DNA from: Gemmatimonadaceae bacterium
Lineage (GTDB): Bacteria > Gemmatimonadota > Gemmatimonadetes > Gemmatimonadales > Gemmatimonadaceae
Direction: 5' to 3'
NCBI GenBank assembly: GCA_040901985.1
Contig: JBBDYC010000007.1
Span: 32,001 to 96,000 of the forward strand
Length of the DNA: 64,000 bases
Below the pieces are notes generated by a model that was not told where the DNA came from, made no database searches, and worked only from the letters and a program-made list of their open reading frames with translations. The position numbers were made by a program, and so were the translations under genes. Shown here piece by piece: positions 44,257-53,292 of the stretch (its first letter is position 1; each line of letters starts with the position of its first letter).

Positions 44257-46076
44257 CCGACGGCCGACGGGCGTGGTGGACCGCGCACCCGTTCGCGCTG
44301 CGGGCGGCACTCGTCGCGGCGGTGGCGCTGGCCGCCTCGGCGACGAGCCTGACGAACGGCTTCGCCTACGACGACGTCCTGATCATCGAGACCAACCCGG
44401 CGGTCCACGACCTGCGCGCGCCGTGGGCCTACTTCGGCGAGACGTATTGGGGACCGACGCGCGGCACGACGGCGCTGTATCGGCCGCTGGCGATCCTCGG
44501 CTACGCAGTGCAGTGGGCAATCGGCGACGGATCGCCGCTCGTCTTCCACGCCGTCAATGTCCTCCTCTACGCGGCGGCCGCGGTGGTGGCGTTCGTGCTG
44601 CTTTCGCGGTTGCTCTCGCCGGTCGCCGCGCTGGTGGGCGGGGTGATCTTTGCCGCGCATCCGGTGCACGTCGAGGCGGTCGGCAACGTGGTCGGGCAGG
44701 CCGAGCTCTGGGTGGCGCTGGGCGTGCTGGCGGCGCTCGCGCTCTACGCCCGGGCGCGCCAAACGGGGCCGCTGACTATAGGGACCGGCGCACTCATTGC
44801 CGGGTGCTTCACGGCGGCACTCTTCTTCAAGGAACACGGCATCGTCCTGCCGGCGCTCATTCTCGCGCTCGAGTGGTTCGGTCGCGCCACGACGTTTTTC
44901 TTTGTCCGCCAGGAGGGCGACTGGCGTCGCGCGCGCACGCTGGCGCTCGCCCTCGGTCTCATCGCCGCCCTGTACGTTGCGCTGCGCGTGGCCGTCCTCG
45001 GCGAGGTCACCGGCACCTCGCCGGCGTGGGGGCTCCTCGGCCTCTCGGCGGGCGGCCGCGCTCGGGTGATGCTGGCGCTGGCGCCGGAGTTCGCCCGGCT
45101 GCTTTTCTGGCCGGCGCGCCTCTATGCCGACTACTCGCCGCGCCTCATCGCGGTGGTGCCCGACTGGTCGACTGCGCACCTGCCGGGGGCGGCGCTCGTG
45201 GCGGTCACCCTCGCGGCGGCGATGGCCGCGAGGCGCCGCGCCCCGATTGCCAGCTTCGCCGTCGTCTGGTTTGCCTGCACCATCGCGCTCGTGTCGAACC
45301 TCCTCTTCGCGAGCGGGGTGTTGATCGCCGAACGGACGCTCTTCCTCCCGAGTCTTGCCGTGTCAATGGTGCTCGGCCCGCTCATCGCCTGGCCGCTCAC
45401 GCGATGGCGCGGCGCAGCCCTCACCGCGGTGCGCACCACCGCGTCGGCATTGCTCCTGCTCGCCGTCGTGCACAGCGCCGTCCGCCAGCGGATGTGGGAA
45501 GACAACGCCACACTCTTCGGCACGCTGGTCGCCGAGGCGCCCGCAAACTTCCGGGGCCACTTTGCGGTCGGCGAGATGTACTCGCGCGGCGGTCGCTACG
45601 ACGATGGCGAGGCCGCCTTCCAGCGCAGTCTTGCACTCCACCCCGAGTTCGGGCCGGCCCGCCTCGCCCACGCGCGCATCCTCCATTTCCGCGGCCTCTG
45701 CCGCGAGGCGCTGCCCGAGTATGAGCGCGTCCTCGCCGGCGACCCCACCGTCGGCCTCGCACTGATTGGGCGCACGGCGTGCTTGGTGGATCTCCGGCGG
45801 CTCCACGACGCGCGCCGGAGTGCGCTCGACGGGCTCTTCGTGGAGGGGATGGAGCCCGCCTTCCAGGCCATCCGGCGGGCCACCGACTCCCTGCTCGTGG
45901 CGACCGACAGCGCGGACGCCAGGAATCGCTGGTGGCGGGAAGGGCGACCCTTCGACCGCACCGGCCTTCAGCCTCGCGTCTGGGTCATTCTGGACTTCCC
46001 GACCCTCCACGACGCGGCTGGCAGGATGCAACACGCGCGGCCCTCTGCCGCCACTTCCACCGCCACGGACCGCTAG
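44253..46076 (+). CDS. TMTC-like protein O-glycosyltransferase (GT-C) with C-terminal TPRs
   Basis: [47 protein letters not shown], then W.D..TL and TPR repeats. Confidence 0.8.
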   Translation: MTDGRRAWWTAHPFALRAALVAAVALAASATSLTNGFAYDDVLIIETNPAVHDLRAPWAYFGETYWGPTRGTTALYRPLAILGYAVQWAIGDGSPLVFHAVNVLLYAAAAVVAFVLLSRLLSPVAALVGGVIFAAHPVHVEAVGNVVGQAELWVALGVLAALALYARARQTGPLTIGTGALIAGCFTAALFFKEHGIVLPALILALEWFGRATTFFFVRQEGDWRRARTLALALGLIAALYVALRVAVLGEVTGTSPAWGLLGLSAGGRARVMLALAPEFARLLFWPARLYADYSPRLIAVVPDWSTAHLPGAALVAVTLAAAMAARRRAPIASFAVVWFACTIALVSNLLFASGVLIAERTLFLPSLAVSMVLGPLIAWPLTRWRGAALTAVRTTASALLLLAVVHSAVRQRMWEDNATLFGTLVAEAPANFRGHFAVGEMYSRGGRYDDGEAAFQRSLALHPEFGPARLAHARILHFRGLCREALPEYERVLAGDPTVGLALIGRTACLVDLRRLHDARRSALDGLFVEGMEPAFQAIRRATDSLLVATDSADARNRWWREGRPFDRTGLQPRVWVILDFPTLHDAAGRMQHARPSAATSTATDR

Positions 46077-46126
46077 TCCATACGCTATCTTGTTCAACGG
46101 CAATACGTTATACCGGCTCGCCCCAC

Positions 46127-46143
46127 TGGCAAGCTTCTTGCCA
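46127..46143 (+). promoter_or_regulatory. Sigma54 -24/-12 promoter of pilA
   Basis: TGGCAAG-CTTC-TTGC near consensus; IHF-like CAA-N4-TTA at 46101-46110; PilSR encoded upstream. Confidence 0.8.
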
Positions 46144-46200
46144 CTCATTGCTCTGGAGCCTGTGGCCCCACCGTTCCCCCCTTTTCAGGAGCACCATCGA

Positions 46201-46563
46201 ATGCTGACCAACAAGAAGGGCTTCACCCTGATCGAGCTGCTGATCGTCGTCGTGATCATCGGCATCCTGGCCGCAATCGCGATCCCGAAGTTCGCGAACA
46301 CGAAGGAGAAGGCCTACATCGCCACGATGAAGGCTGACCTCCGCAACCTCGTGACCGCGGAGGAAGCGTACTTCGCCGACAACGCGGCGTACACCGACAA
46401 CCTCGGCACCGCGTATCAGACCTCGTCCGGCGTGACGGTCACGATCAGCGGCGTCGGCCCCGGCACGTTCGCGGCCGAAGCGGCGTACTCGGGTGGCACG
46501 ACCCGCACCTGCGTGATCTCGGTTGGCACGGGCGGCAACGACGGCGAGCCGACCTGCAACTGA
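46201..46563 (+). CDS. pilA: Type IVa major pilin
   Basis: MLTNKKG|FTLIELLIVVVIIGILAAIAIP, C-terminal Cys pair, RBS AGGAG, own promoter and hairpin. Confidence 0.92.
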   Translation: MLTNKKGFTLIELLIVVVIIGILAAIAIPKFANTKEKAYIATMKADLRNLVTAEEAYFADNAAYTDNLGTAYQTSSGVTVTISGVGPGTFAAEAAYSGGTTRTCVISVGTGGNDGEPTCN

Positions 46564-46588
46564 TCGCACTTCGTTCAGCTTGAACGGC

Positions 46589-46617
46589 GCGGGCCGGGGG
46601 ATCTTCCCCCGGCCCGC
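46589..46617 (+). terminator. GC-rich hairpin downstream of pilA
   Basis: GGGCCGGGGG-ATCTT-CCCCCGGCCC followed by C11, no U-tract. Confidence 0.6.
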
Positions 46618-46731
46618 CCCCCCCCCCGCGCTGCATTTGGGCCAGGTGGGTTCGGGGGCAAGCGCCACGTTCCGGTCCCGCTGGCGATGCGGTGATGCCG
46701 GCTCCCGAACGCGCGCGGAGTAGTCTCGCGT

Positions 46732-47082
46732 ATGCGCGCCCGCGCCGGATCCTCGTTCATCGAAGTGCTCGTCGCCTCCGTCCTCTTGGCCGTGGGCATC
46801 GTCGGCTGTCTCTCAACGCTCGCCGCCGCCGCCCGGATGCGTCACGGGGCGTCGGTCCGCGAGGAACTCGCGGCGCGCGCGCACGACCGCCTCGGGTGGT
46901 TCGGCGCCCGCGCCTGCATCGGTCCCGATACGGCCGGCTCGGCTCCCGCCGGAGCACCCGTGCAGGTGGACTGGACGCGCACTCGCAATGCGGCCGGCGC
47001 GCACCTCAACATCGAGCTCAGCGCGCCAGCCTCGGCGGCGGTGCATCGCGTGGTGGTCACGGCGGCGCTGCCGTGCCCCTGA
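46732..47082 (+). CDS. Minor pilin, PilV-like
   Basis: MRARAG|SSFIEVLVASVLLAVGIVG prepilin-like leader with E5. Confidence 0.7.
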   Translation: MRARAGSSFIEVLVASVLLAVGIVGCLSTLAAAARMRHGASVREELAARAHDRLGWFGARACIGPDTAGSAPAGAPVQVDWTRTRNAAGAHLNIELSAPASAAVHRVVVTAALPCP

Positions 47083-47867
47083 AGCGCGGCTACCTCCTGG
47101 CCGAGGCGATTGCCGCGCTCGCCCTCGCCGGTGTGCTTGCGGCGACCGCTGCCGTCGCCCTCGGCGGGGCCCGGCGCGCCCTGCTGGGCGGGGAACGTCG
47201 GGACCGCGCCGAGCGTGCCGAACGCGAATCGCTGGCGGTGCTCCGGGATGCACTCGAGGCGGGTGACCTGGTCGAGCTGCGCGGCGACACCGCGGTGGAC
47301 CTCGACGTCCTCGCGCTCGTCAGCGTCGTTTGCGCGATCGAGCCGCGGGCGTTGGTCCTTCCGCCGGCCGTCGTGAGCGAAGGCGTCCCCCTGACCACGC
47401 AGGCGCAAGCCCCGGACGTGAACGACGTGGTGTCGGTGCTCGCGTCCGACGGCGCCGACGACGCCTGGTGGGTAACGACCGTGGACAGCGTACGGCTCTT
47501 CACTTCGCCGGGCACCTGCGACTCACAACAGGGGTGGACGGCCGTCGGCGACGACGCGGCACCTCGTTGGCGACTCCACCTCCGCGACTCAGTGCCGGAG
47601 GCCCTGGCTCTCGGCGCCCCGGTTCGGGTCGGCCGGGCGGGTCGGTTCACGCTCTACCACGCCGGGCGCGGCGAGTGGATGCTGGGCTGGCGACGCTGCT
47701 CACCGATCTCGGGCGTCTGCGGGGTGGTGCAACCGGTATCGGGGCCGCTGCGCCCACCGTCCGCGGGGGGCCTTCGGTTCTCCCTCTCGCTCCTGCCGGC
47801 GCGACTGGACATCCTCGTGACCGGCGCCGACGGAGGTCGCTCGGCGACGGCGACGCTGCACCTATGA
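47073..47867 (+). CDS. Minor pilin, PilW-like
   Basis: KRG|YLLAEAIAALAL leader with E5; GTG start inferred. Confidence 0.65.
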   Translation: MPLKRGYLLAEAIAALALAGVLAATAAVALGGARRALLGGERRDRAERAERESLAVLRDALEAGDLVELRGDTAVDLDVLALVSVVCAIEPRALVLPPAVVSEGVPLTTQAQAPDVNDVVSVLASDGADDAWWVTTVDSVRLFTSPGTCDSQQGWTAVGDDAAPRWRLHLRDSVPEALALGAPVRVGRAGRFTLYHAGRGEWMLGWRRCSPISGVCGVVQPVSGPLRPPSAGGLRFSLSLLPARLDILVTGADGGRSATATLHL

Positions 47868-48328
47868 AGCGCGGTCGGCCCGGCATCGCCCTGCCGATGG
47901 TCCTGCTGGTGATGCTGGCGCTCTCAATCCTCTCCAGCCTGGCGCTCTTCGACGCCGTCCAGGGTTGGCGGGTGGCGCTCCTCGCCGAGGATGGCGTGCG
48001 CGCCCGTGCCGCGGCCTACAGCGCTCTCGGCGCGACCTTTGCGCCCCCGTCCTTGGCGCTCCTCTGCCTCCAGCCCCCTCATCTGCTGATGACCGGCGGA
48101 ACGACCACCTCCGCCAACAGTCGCGCGGAGGTCGGCTGGCGCGCCGTCGGCGGCGGGAGGATCCGCGCCGAAGTCACCGGAATCGGGAGGCACGGGGCAC
48201 GGTTCCGCCTGCTGGCCCTCCTCTCCCCAGACACCTTGCCGGACGCCGACGGGCCCCCGGGCTGTCCCGACGCCACCCGGCTCGTCCCGGCCGGCCGGAC
48301 CTGGGTGCTGCGCGACCCCCAGGGGTGA
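47864..48328 (+). CDS. Minor pilin, PilX-like
   Basis: KRGRPG|IALPMVLLVML lacking E5 as in PilX/GspK; ARAAA helix. Confidence 0.65.
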   Translation: MKRGRPGIALPMVLLVMLALSILSSLALFDAVQGWRVALLAEDGVRARAAAYSALGATFAPPSLALLCLQPPHLLMTGGTTTSANSRAEVGWRAVGGGRIRAEVTGIGRHGARFRLLALLSPDTLPDADGPPGCPDATRLVPAGRTWVLRDPQG

Positions 48329-48477
48329 TCGGTTGAGGGATTCCGTTACCTCCGGCCAGCTAAGTTCGTGTACCTGTGCAGGAACCACCCTGCGCGATGC
48401 ATTGACCCTGACCGGGCACGCCCGCAACTTTGGCGACCCGAGAGTTTTCGTCCCGCTCGACGTCCTACGGACATCCC

Positions 48478-49521
48478 ATGGCGCTTTTCGGTCGCAAGAA
48501 GACAACCGTCGGCCTCGATATCGGTTCCGGCCTGATCAAGGTCGCCGTGATCGATAACGGCAAGTCTCCACCGGAGCTTGTGCGGGTCGCCATCGCGCCG
48601 CTCCTGGGCGGCGCGTTCGTGGTAGGGGAGATCATGGTCCCGGGAATCGTCGCCGACGCGATCACGACCTGCCTGGAGTCGGCGGGCGTGAAGTCCAAGG
48701 ACGTGGTGACCGCCGTCGGCGGCCGCGACGTGATCGTCAAGAAGATCCAGATCGAGCGCGTGAAGGAGTCGCAGGCCCGGGAGTTGATGCGCTGGGAGGC
48801 CGAGCAGCACGTGCCGTTCGATATGGAATCGGTCGAGCTCGACTTCCAGATCCTCGATCCGGACGGGACCGACGGCGAGATGAGCGTGCTGCTCGTCGCG
48901 GCCAAGCGCGAACTGATCGAGGCGAAGGTGCGGGTCCTTGGCGATGCCGGCCTCAACGCGGTCGCGGTGGACGTGGACGCCTTTGCCCTGCACAACGCAT
49001 TCGAGCTGAATCACCCCGACGCGATGACCGGCGTGGTGGCCCTCGTGAATATCGGTCACGAGGTCACGAACGCGAACATCGTCGAGGACGGGGTGCCGAT
49101 CCTGACGCGCGACATCTCGAGCGGCACGCGCCGGATGCTCGAAGACCTGCAGCGGGACCGCGGCCTGGCGTCGGACGACGCGGCCGCCCTGCTCCAGGGA
49201 TTCGACCGCTCGGAGCATCTGGACGCCGTGCTCGAGGCCCGCGGCGAGGAGATCGCCGTCGGGGTCGAGCGCGCCCTGGCCTTCCTGGCATCGGCGTCGC
49301 GGAACTCGGCGGCGGTCCAGGCGGTGTATGTCTGCGGCGGCGGCGCGCGGGTGCCCGGGCTGATTGACGTGCTCAGCGCGCGGCTCCGCGTCCCGGTCGA
49401 GGCCGCCAACCCGCTCGCCAACCTGGTCGTGCGTGACGGCGCTTTCGAGTCGCTCGTCACCGACGAGGTGGCGTCCCTGATGATGCTCCCGATCGGGCTG
49501 GCGCTTCGCCAGCCCGCCTGA
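48478..49521 (+). CDS. pilM: Type IV pilus alignment protein PilM
   Basis: VGLDIGSGLIK, HVPFD..V.LDFQ, LLVAAK, VNIG, CGGGA, IGLALR. Confidence 0.93.
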   Translation: MALFGRKKTTVGLDIGSGLIKVAVIDNGKSPPELVRVAIAPLLGGAFVVGEIMVPGIVADAITTCLESAGVKSKDVVTAVGGRDVIVKKIQIERVKESQARELMRWEAEQHVPFDMESVELDFQILDPDGTDGEMSVLLVAAKRELIEAKVRVLGDAGLNAVAVDVDAFALHNAFELNHPDAMTGVVALVNIGHEVTNANIVEDGVPILTRDISSGTRRMLEDLQRDRGLASDDAAALLQGFDRSEHLDAVLEARGEEIAVGVERALAFLASASRNSAAVQAVYVCGGGARVPGLIDVLSARLRVPVEAANPLANLVVRDGAFESLVTDEVASLMMLPIGLALRQPA

Positions 49522-49536
49522 GTCCCGGACGACAAG

Positions 49537-50229
49537 ATGATCGAGATCAATCTCCTTCCCGGCGCACGCAAGAAGTCGCGATCGTCGCGATCCGCGTCCC
49601 TGAACCTGGGCGCGATCTTCGCGGAGGTCAGCGCGCGCTTCAAGGATCCGTGGCTGATTGTCGCGGTCGCGGGGGTCGCCATCGGCCTGGCGGTCTCCGG
49701 GGGGATGTTCCTCCTGCAGGGCCGCTCCGCGCGGACCCTCGCCGAGCAGGAGCGGATCGCCGTGCAGGACTCGGCCCGTTTCGCCGACGTGCTGAAGCAG
49801 CGCACCGCCGCCGAGGCGCGACGCGACTCGATCCTCCGCCAGATGGCAGTCATCAGCGCCATTGACGGCGACCGGTTTGTCTGGCCGCACGTGATGGACG
49901 AGGTCGCCCGCGCCGTCCCGACCTACACCTGGATCCGTTCGCTGGCGCAGACGGCGGCAACGGCCCCGGTGTCGCCCGAGGCTGCCGCCGCCGGCAACGC
50001 GCCCCCGATCAACATCCGGCTGGTCGCGTACACGGTGGACTTCCAGGCGCTGACGATCTTCATGCGCCAGTTGGAGGCGTCTCCCTTCTTCGAGAATGTG
50101 ACGCTCGCCGGCAGCGAGGCCGCAGTCACCGAAGGCAAGGAGGTCACGCAGTTCGAGCTGCAGATGCGGTACTCGAAGCCCCCGCCGTCGGCCATCCGCA
50201 CCGTTCCCCTTTCGATCTCGGTGAGGTAA
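49537..50229 (+). CDS. pilN: Type IV pilus protein PilN
   Basis: MIEINLLP motif, TM, coiled coil, FM..LE.SPFF. Confidence 0.9.
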   Translation: MIEINLLPGARKKSRSSRSASLNLGAIFAEVSARFKDPWLIVAVAGVAIGLAVSGGMFLLQGRSARTLAEQERIAVQDSARFADVLKQRTAAEARRDSILRQMAVISAIDGDRFVWPHVMDEVARAVPTYTWIRSLAQTAATAPVSPEAAAAGNAPPINIRLVAYTVDFQALTIFMRQLEASPFFENVTLAGSEAAVTEGKEVTQFELQMRYSKPPPSAIRTVPLSISVR

Positions 50230-50232
50230 CCC

Positions 50233-50844
50233 ATGGCCGGACTGCCGCAGACCCAGCGGGACCAGATCATGCTCGTCGTGGGCATCGTCGGGCTCGCGCT
50301 CGCCGGCGCGTACTGGTACTTCCTCTACAAGCCGAAGGAGGCCGAGCTGCTCGTCACGCGTCAGCGCCTCGAGCGGCTCGATGCGTCGAATCAGCGCGCC
50401 AAGGCGCTGCTCGCCCGCGGCACGACCGAGGAGCTGCGCGCCGAGGCCGAGGTGCTGCAGCGCAACCTGGACCTGATGCGCACGCTGATCCCGGCGGGGA
50501 ACGAGGTGCCGGCGTTGCTGGAGCAGATTGTCGGTGCGGCGCGGCGGACCGGGATGCAGATCGAGAGCTTCACGCCCGGTGCGGTCGCCCAGGGCGAGAT
50601 CTTCGACACCTACCGCTATCGGATGCAGATCGAGGGCAGTTACCACCAGGTCGGCGAGCTGCTGACGGCAATCGGGTCGCTGCGGCGGATCATCTCGCCG
50701 GTGAACCTGTCGTTGACGCTGGTGCAGGGTGAGCGCGGCCGCGGGCCGTCGGTCAGCGCGTCCGGCACCCAACTGCTTGCGGCGACGTTCGACATCCAGA
50801 CCTACGTCGTGAAGGCCGCGCCGCCCGCCGGAGGGGCCCGATGA
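50233..50844 (+). CDS. pilO: Type IV pilus protein PilO
   Basis: TM, LIP..NEVPALL, GSYH.VG, LRRII. Confidence 0.88.
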   Translation: MAGLPQTQRDQIMLVVGIVGLALAGAYWYFLYKPKEAELLVTRQRLERLDASNQRAKALLARGTTEELRAEAEVLQRNLDLMRTLIPAGNEVPALLEQIVGAARRTGMQIESFTPGAVAQGEIFDTYRYRMQIEGSYHQVGELLTAIGSLRRIISPVNLSLTLVQGERGRGPSVSASGTQLLAATFDIQTYVVKAAPPAGGAR

Positions 50845-51301
50845 TGACCCGTCGAGTGCTGACCCTCCTGTTGCTCGTCGCCGCGATTCCGCTCCTGGTG
50901 ACCGCGCAGCGCCGTCCGGCGCCTCGGCCGTGATCCCGCCACCCGAGCGCGGCCGCGACTCGGCCGGCAACATCGTGTTCCATCGCGAAGTCTATACCTA
51001 CCCGCGCAGCGCGCGGCGCGACCCGTTCCAGTCACTGATCCTGAGCGGCGACATCCGTCCGCTGCTCGCCGACCTCGAGGTCGGCGGCATCATCTACGAC
51101 CCGAGCGGGCGCAACTCCGTCGCGACGCTGAAGGATGTCTCGACCGGCGAGATCTACCGCGCCCGGGTGGGCTCGGTCTTCGGCCGGCTGCGCATCACGG
51201 CCATCCGCCAGCGCGAGGTTGCGGTGGCGATTGATGAATTCGGATTCACTCGACAGGAGATCCTGTCGGTCAACGCACCAAGGGGAGCGAGGACGCCATG
51301 A
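50841..51301 (+). pseudogene. pilP: PilP-like gene interrupted by a one-base frameshift near 50909 (real or sequencing error)
   Basis: Signal-peptide ORF 50841-50933 stops at TGA; the RRDPF-containing body (50930-51301) is in the -1 frame; lies between pilO and pilQ. Confidence 0.72.
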
Positions 51302-53175
51302 GGCGATACGGGATGCTTGCCGCGACTGCGGTCGGCGCACTTCTGACGAGCGCGGCGGTGGGTGACGCCGCGCCGACGGCGCGGGCGCGCGCCGACGCCA
51401 CGGTCACCGCCGTCAGCGTCGTGCCGGGCGCCGGACGCGCCGATGTGGTCCTGACCTTCGAGGGCACAATCGACGTGAGCACCTTCACGCTCGAGGCGCC
51501 CCATCGGATCGTCGTGGACCTGCAGGGCGCCACGATGCGCCTCCGCGAGCCGCGCTACGACCGCGTGGCACGCGCCGGAATCCGGAACGTCCGCCTCGGC
51601 CAGTTCGCGCCGGACGTCGTCCGGCTCGTGCTCGACGTTGACACGCCGCGTGAATACGAGGTGACCCGCGGCGAGGGCGAGATCCGCGTCAGCGTCCGCG
51701 GCTCCGACGACTTCGCGCCCTGGTCCACCGGCGCCGCCGCGGTCCGCGCGACGCCGGTCGCCGCCGCGCCGAGCGAACCGACCTTTGAGCCGATCCGGGT
51801 GGTGCGGCAACAGGTGCCCACCCAGCCGCGCATCTCGGTCAGCTTCCCCGGCCGCAACATCCACGAGGTCATCGCGACCTTCGCCGATTTCTCGGGCCGG
51901 ACGTTCGTCACGGGATCGTCAGTCACCGGGACGGTGCACGCCGACATCGTGAACCAGCCCTGGGATGTCGCGCTCAGCAAGATCCTGCAACAGAGCGGGC
52001 TCCAGGCGACCGAGGATTCCACCGGCATCATCACCATTGACAGCTACGCGAATCTTTCCCGGCGCGTCGCCGCGGAGCCGCTCGTCACCCAGCTGGTGGT
52101 GATCAACTATGCCAAGGCCTCGGCGCTCGCCGGGACCATCCGCCAGCTGATCGCGGCCTGTTCCTCGGGGTCGGCGGGCGCCGAGGCCGTGGTCGTGGAC
52201 GCGGCCGCGGCGCCGGTCGAGGGCGGTGCCCCGGCGGCGGGGGCGGGGCCGGCACCGACGACCACGACCTGCGGCCGCGGCGTCGTGACCTTCGAGGAGA
52301 AGACCAACACCCTCCTCATCACCGAGACCGTCTCGCGGCTCCCCGAGATCGTCAGCTACGTCCGCGACCTCGATGTCCGCACGCCGCAGGTCGCCATCAA
52401 GGCGAAGATCATCGCGGTGGACCGCACCGCCACCGAGGAGCTCGGCCTCAGCTACGAGATCGGGAGCCCGACCAACTACAGCAACACGCTCATCCCGCGC
52501 GGCACGCCGGGTGAGTTCCAGATTGACCTCGGGGGCGACGCCTTCATCGGCGTGGCGAATGCCAACCGCACCTTCGGCTCGACCGGCGCCCTCTCGCTCA
52601 TCTACAACACCGTGATCGGCGGCAACAACCTCGCCGCCTTCCTCGACGCGCTCAGCTCGGAGCAGCTCTCCGACGTCCAGGCCGAGCCGAGCACCACGAC
52701 GATTGACAACCGCAAGGCGTCGCTCTTTGCCGGCACCGAGATTGCGTTCCTCCTGACGCCGCCCGCCGTCCCGGGGCAGATCCAGGCAATCGCACCGGTC
52801 ATCCAGCGGCAGAAGATCGGCATCACGCTCGAAGTGACGCCGCACGTGACCGCCAATCGCCAGGTCTCGATGGAGATCTCGGCGTCGCAGCAGTCGTTGC
52901 TTGGCATCACGGTCGCCGGCCCCGAGATCAGCGAGCGCACCGCCAGGAACGAGGTGCTCGTCGGTGACGGCGAGACGGCGGTGATTGCCGGCCTCACGCA
53001 GACGCAGGTCACGCGGGTCAAGCGCGGCGTCCCGATCCTGATGCGCCTGCCGATCATCGGCCGGCTCTTCAGCGAGACCAGCGTCATCGAGCGGAAGCAG
53101 GACCTGCTGATCCTCGTCACGCCGCACATCGTGGACGAGGGCGAGGTCGTGCGGAGCACGCCGCCGACGCCGTAA
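51298..53175 (+). CDS. pilQ: Type IV pilus secretin PilQ with AMIN domain
   Basis: AMIN (PHRIVVDL, VRLVLD), PWDVAL, QVAIKAKI, GITLEVTPHV, GETAVIAGL, LLILVTPHI. Confidence 0.93.
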   Translation: MRRYGMLAATAVGALLTSAAVGDAAPTARARADATVTAVSVVPGAGRADVVLTFEGTIDVSTFTLEAPHRIVVDLQGATMRLREPRYDRVARAGIRNVRLGQFAPDVVRLVLDVDTPREYEVTRGEGEIRVSVRGSDDFAPWSTGAAAVRATPVAAAPSEPTFEPIRVVRQQVPTQPRISVSFPGRNIHEVIATFADFSGRTFVTGSSVTGTVHADIVNQPWDVALSKILQQSGLQATEDSTGIITIDSYANLSRRVAAEPLVTQLVVINYAKASALAGTIRQLIAACSSGSAGAEAVVVDAAAAPVEGGAPAAGAGPAPTTTTCGRGVVTFEEKTNTLLITETVSRLPEIVSYVRDLDVRTPQVAIKAKIIAVDRTATEELGLSYEIGSPTNYSNTLIPRGTPGEFQIDLGGDAFIGVANANRTFGSTGALSLIYNTVIGGNNLAAFLDALSSEQLSDVQAEPSTTTIDNRKASLFAGTEIAFLLTPPAVPGQIQAIAPVIQRQKIGITLEVTPHVTANRQVSMEISASQQSLLGITVAGPEISERTARNEVLVGDGETAVIAGLTQTQVTRVKRGVPILMRLPIIGRLFSETSVIERKQDLLILVTPHIVDEGEVVRSTPPTP

Positions 53176-53212
53176 CGGCAGGCGTAACGTGTGAGGGGCA
53201 GGGTGTAAGGGG

Positions 53213-53251
53213 GGGCGCCCGGCGGATATCTTCCGTCGGGCGCCCTTCTTT
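53213..53251 (+). terminator. Intrinsic terminator after pilQ
   Basis: GGGCGCCCGGCGGA-TATCT-TCCGTCGGGCGCCC then TTCTTT. Confidence 0.85.
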
Positions 53252-53260
53252 GCCTCCGCG

Positions 53261-53290
53261 CCCTCCCACCTCACCCATCCCACCTCACCC
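53261..53290. repeat. Degenerate heptamer repeats (14-bp unit x2)
   Basis: CCCTCCCACCTCAC CCATCCCACCTCAC; G-rich counterpart at about 53189-53212. Confidence 0.6.
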
Positions 53291-53292
53291 TT

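Noticed and set aside
46201..46563. Firm call as an electrically conductive e-pilin
   Set aside because: Lacks an aromatic at position 27, only 9 of 113 residues aromatic, and the concept is disputed; kept only as a speculative finding
48607..48642. Diversity-generating retroelement variable region
   Set aside because: No reverse transcriptase or template repeat in the window, and PilM is not a typical target
50931..50933. TGA in pilP as selenocysteine or readthrough
   Set aside because: The downstream domain is in a different frame, so readthrough would not restore it
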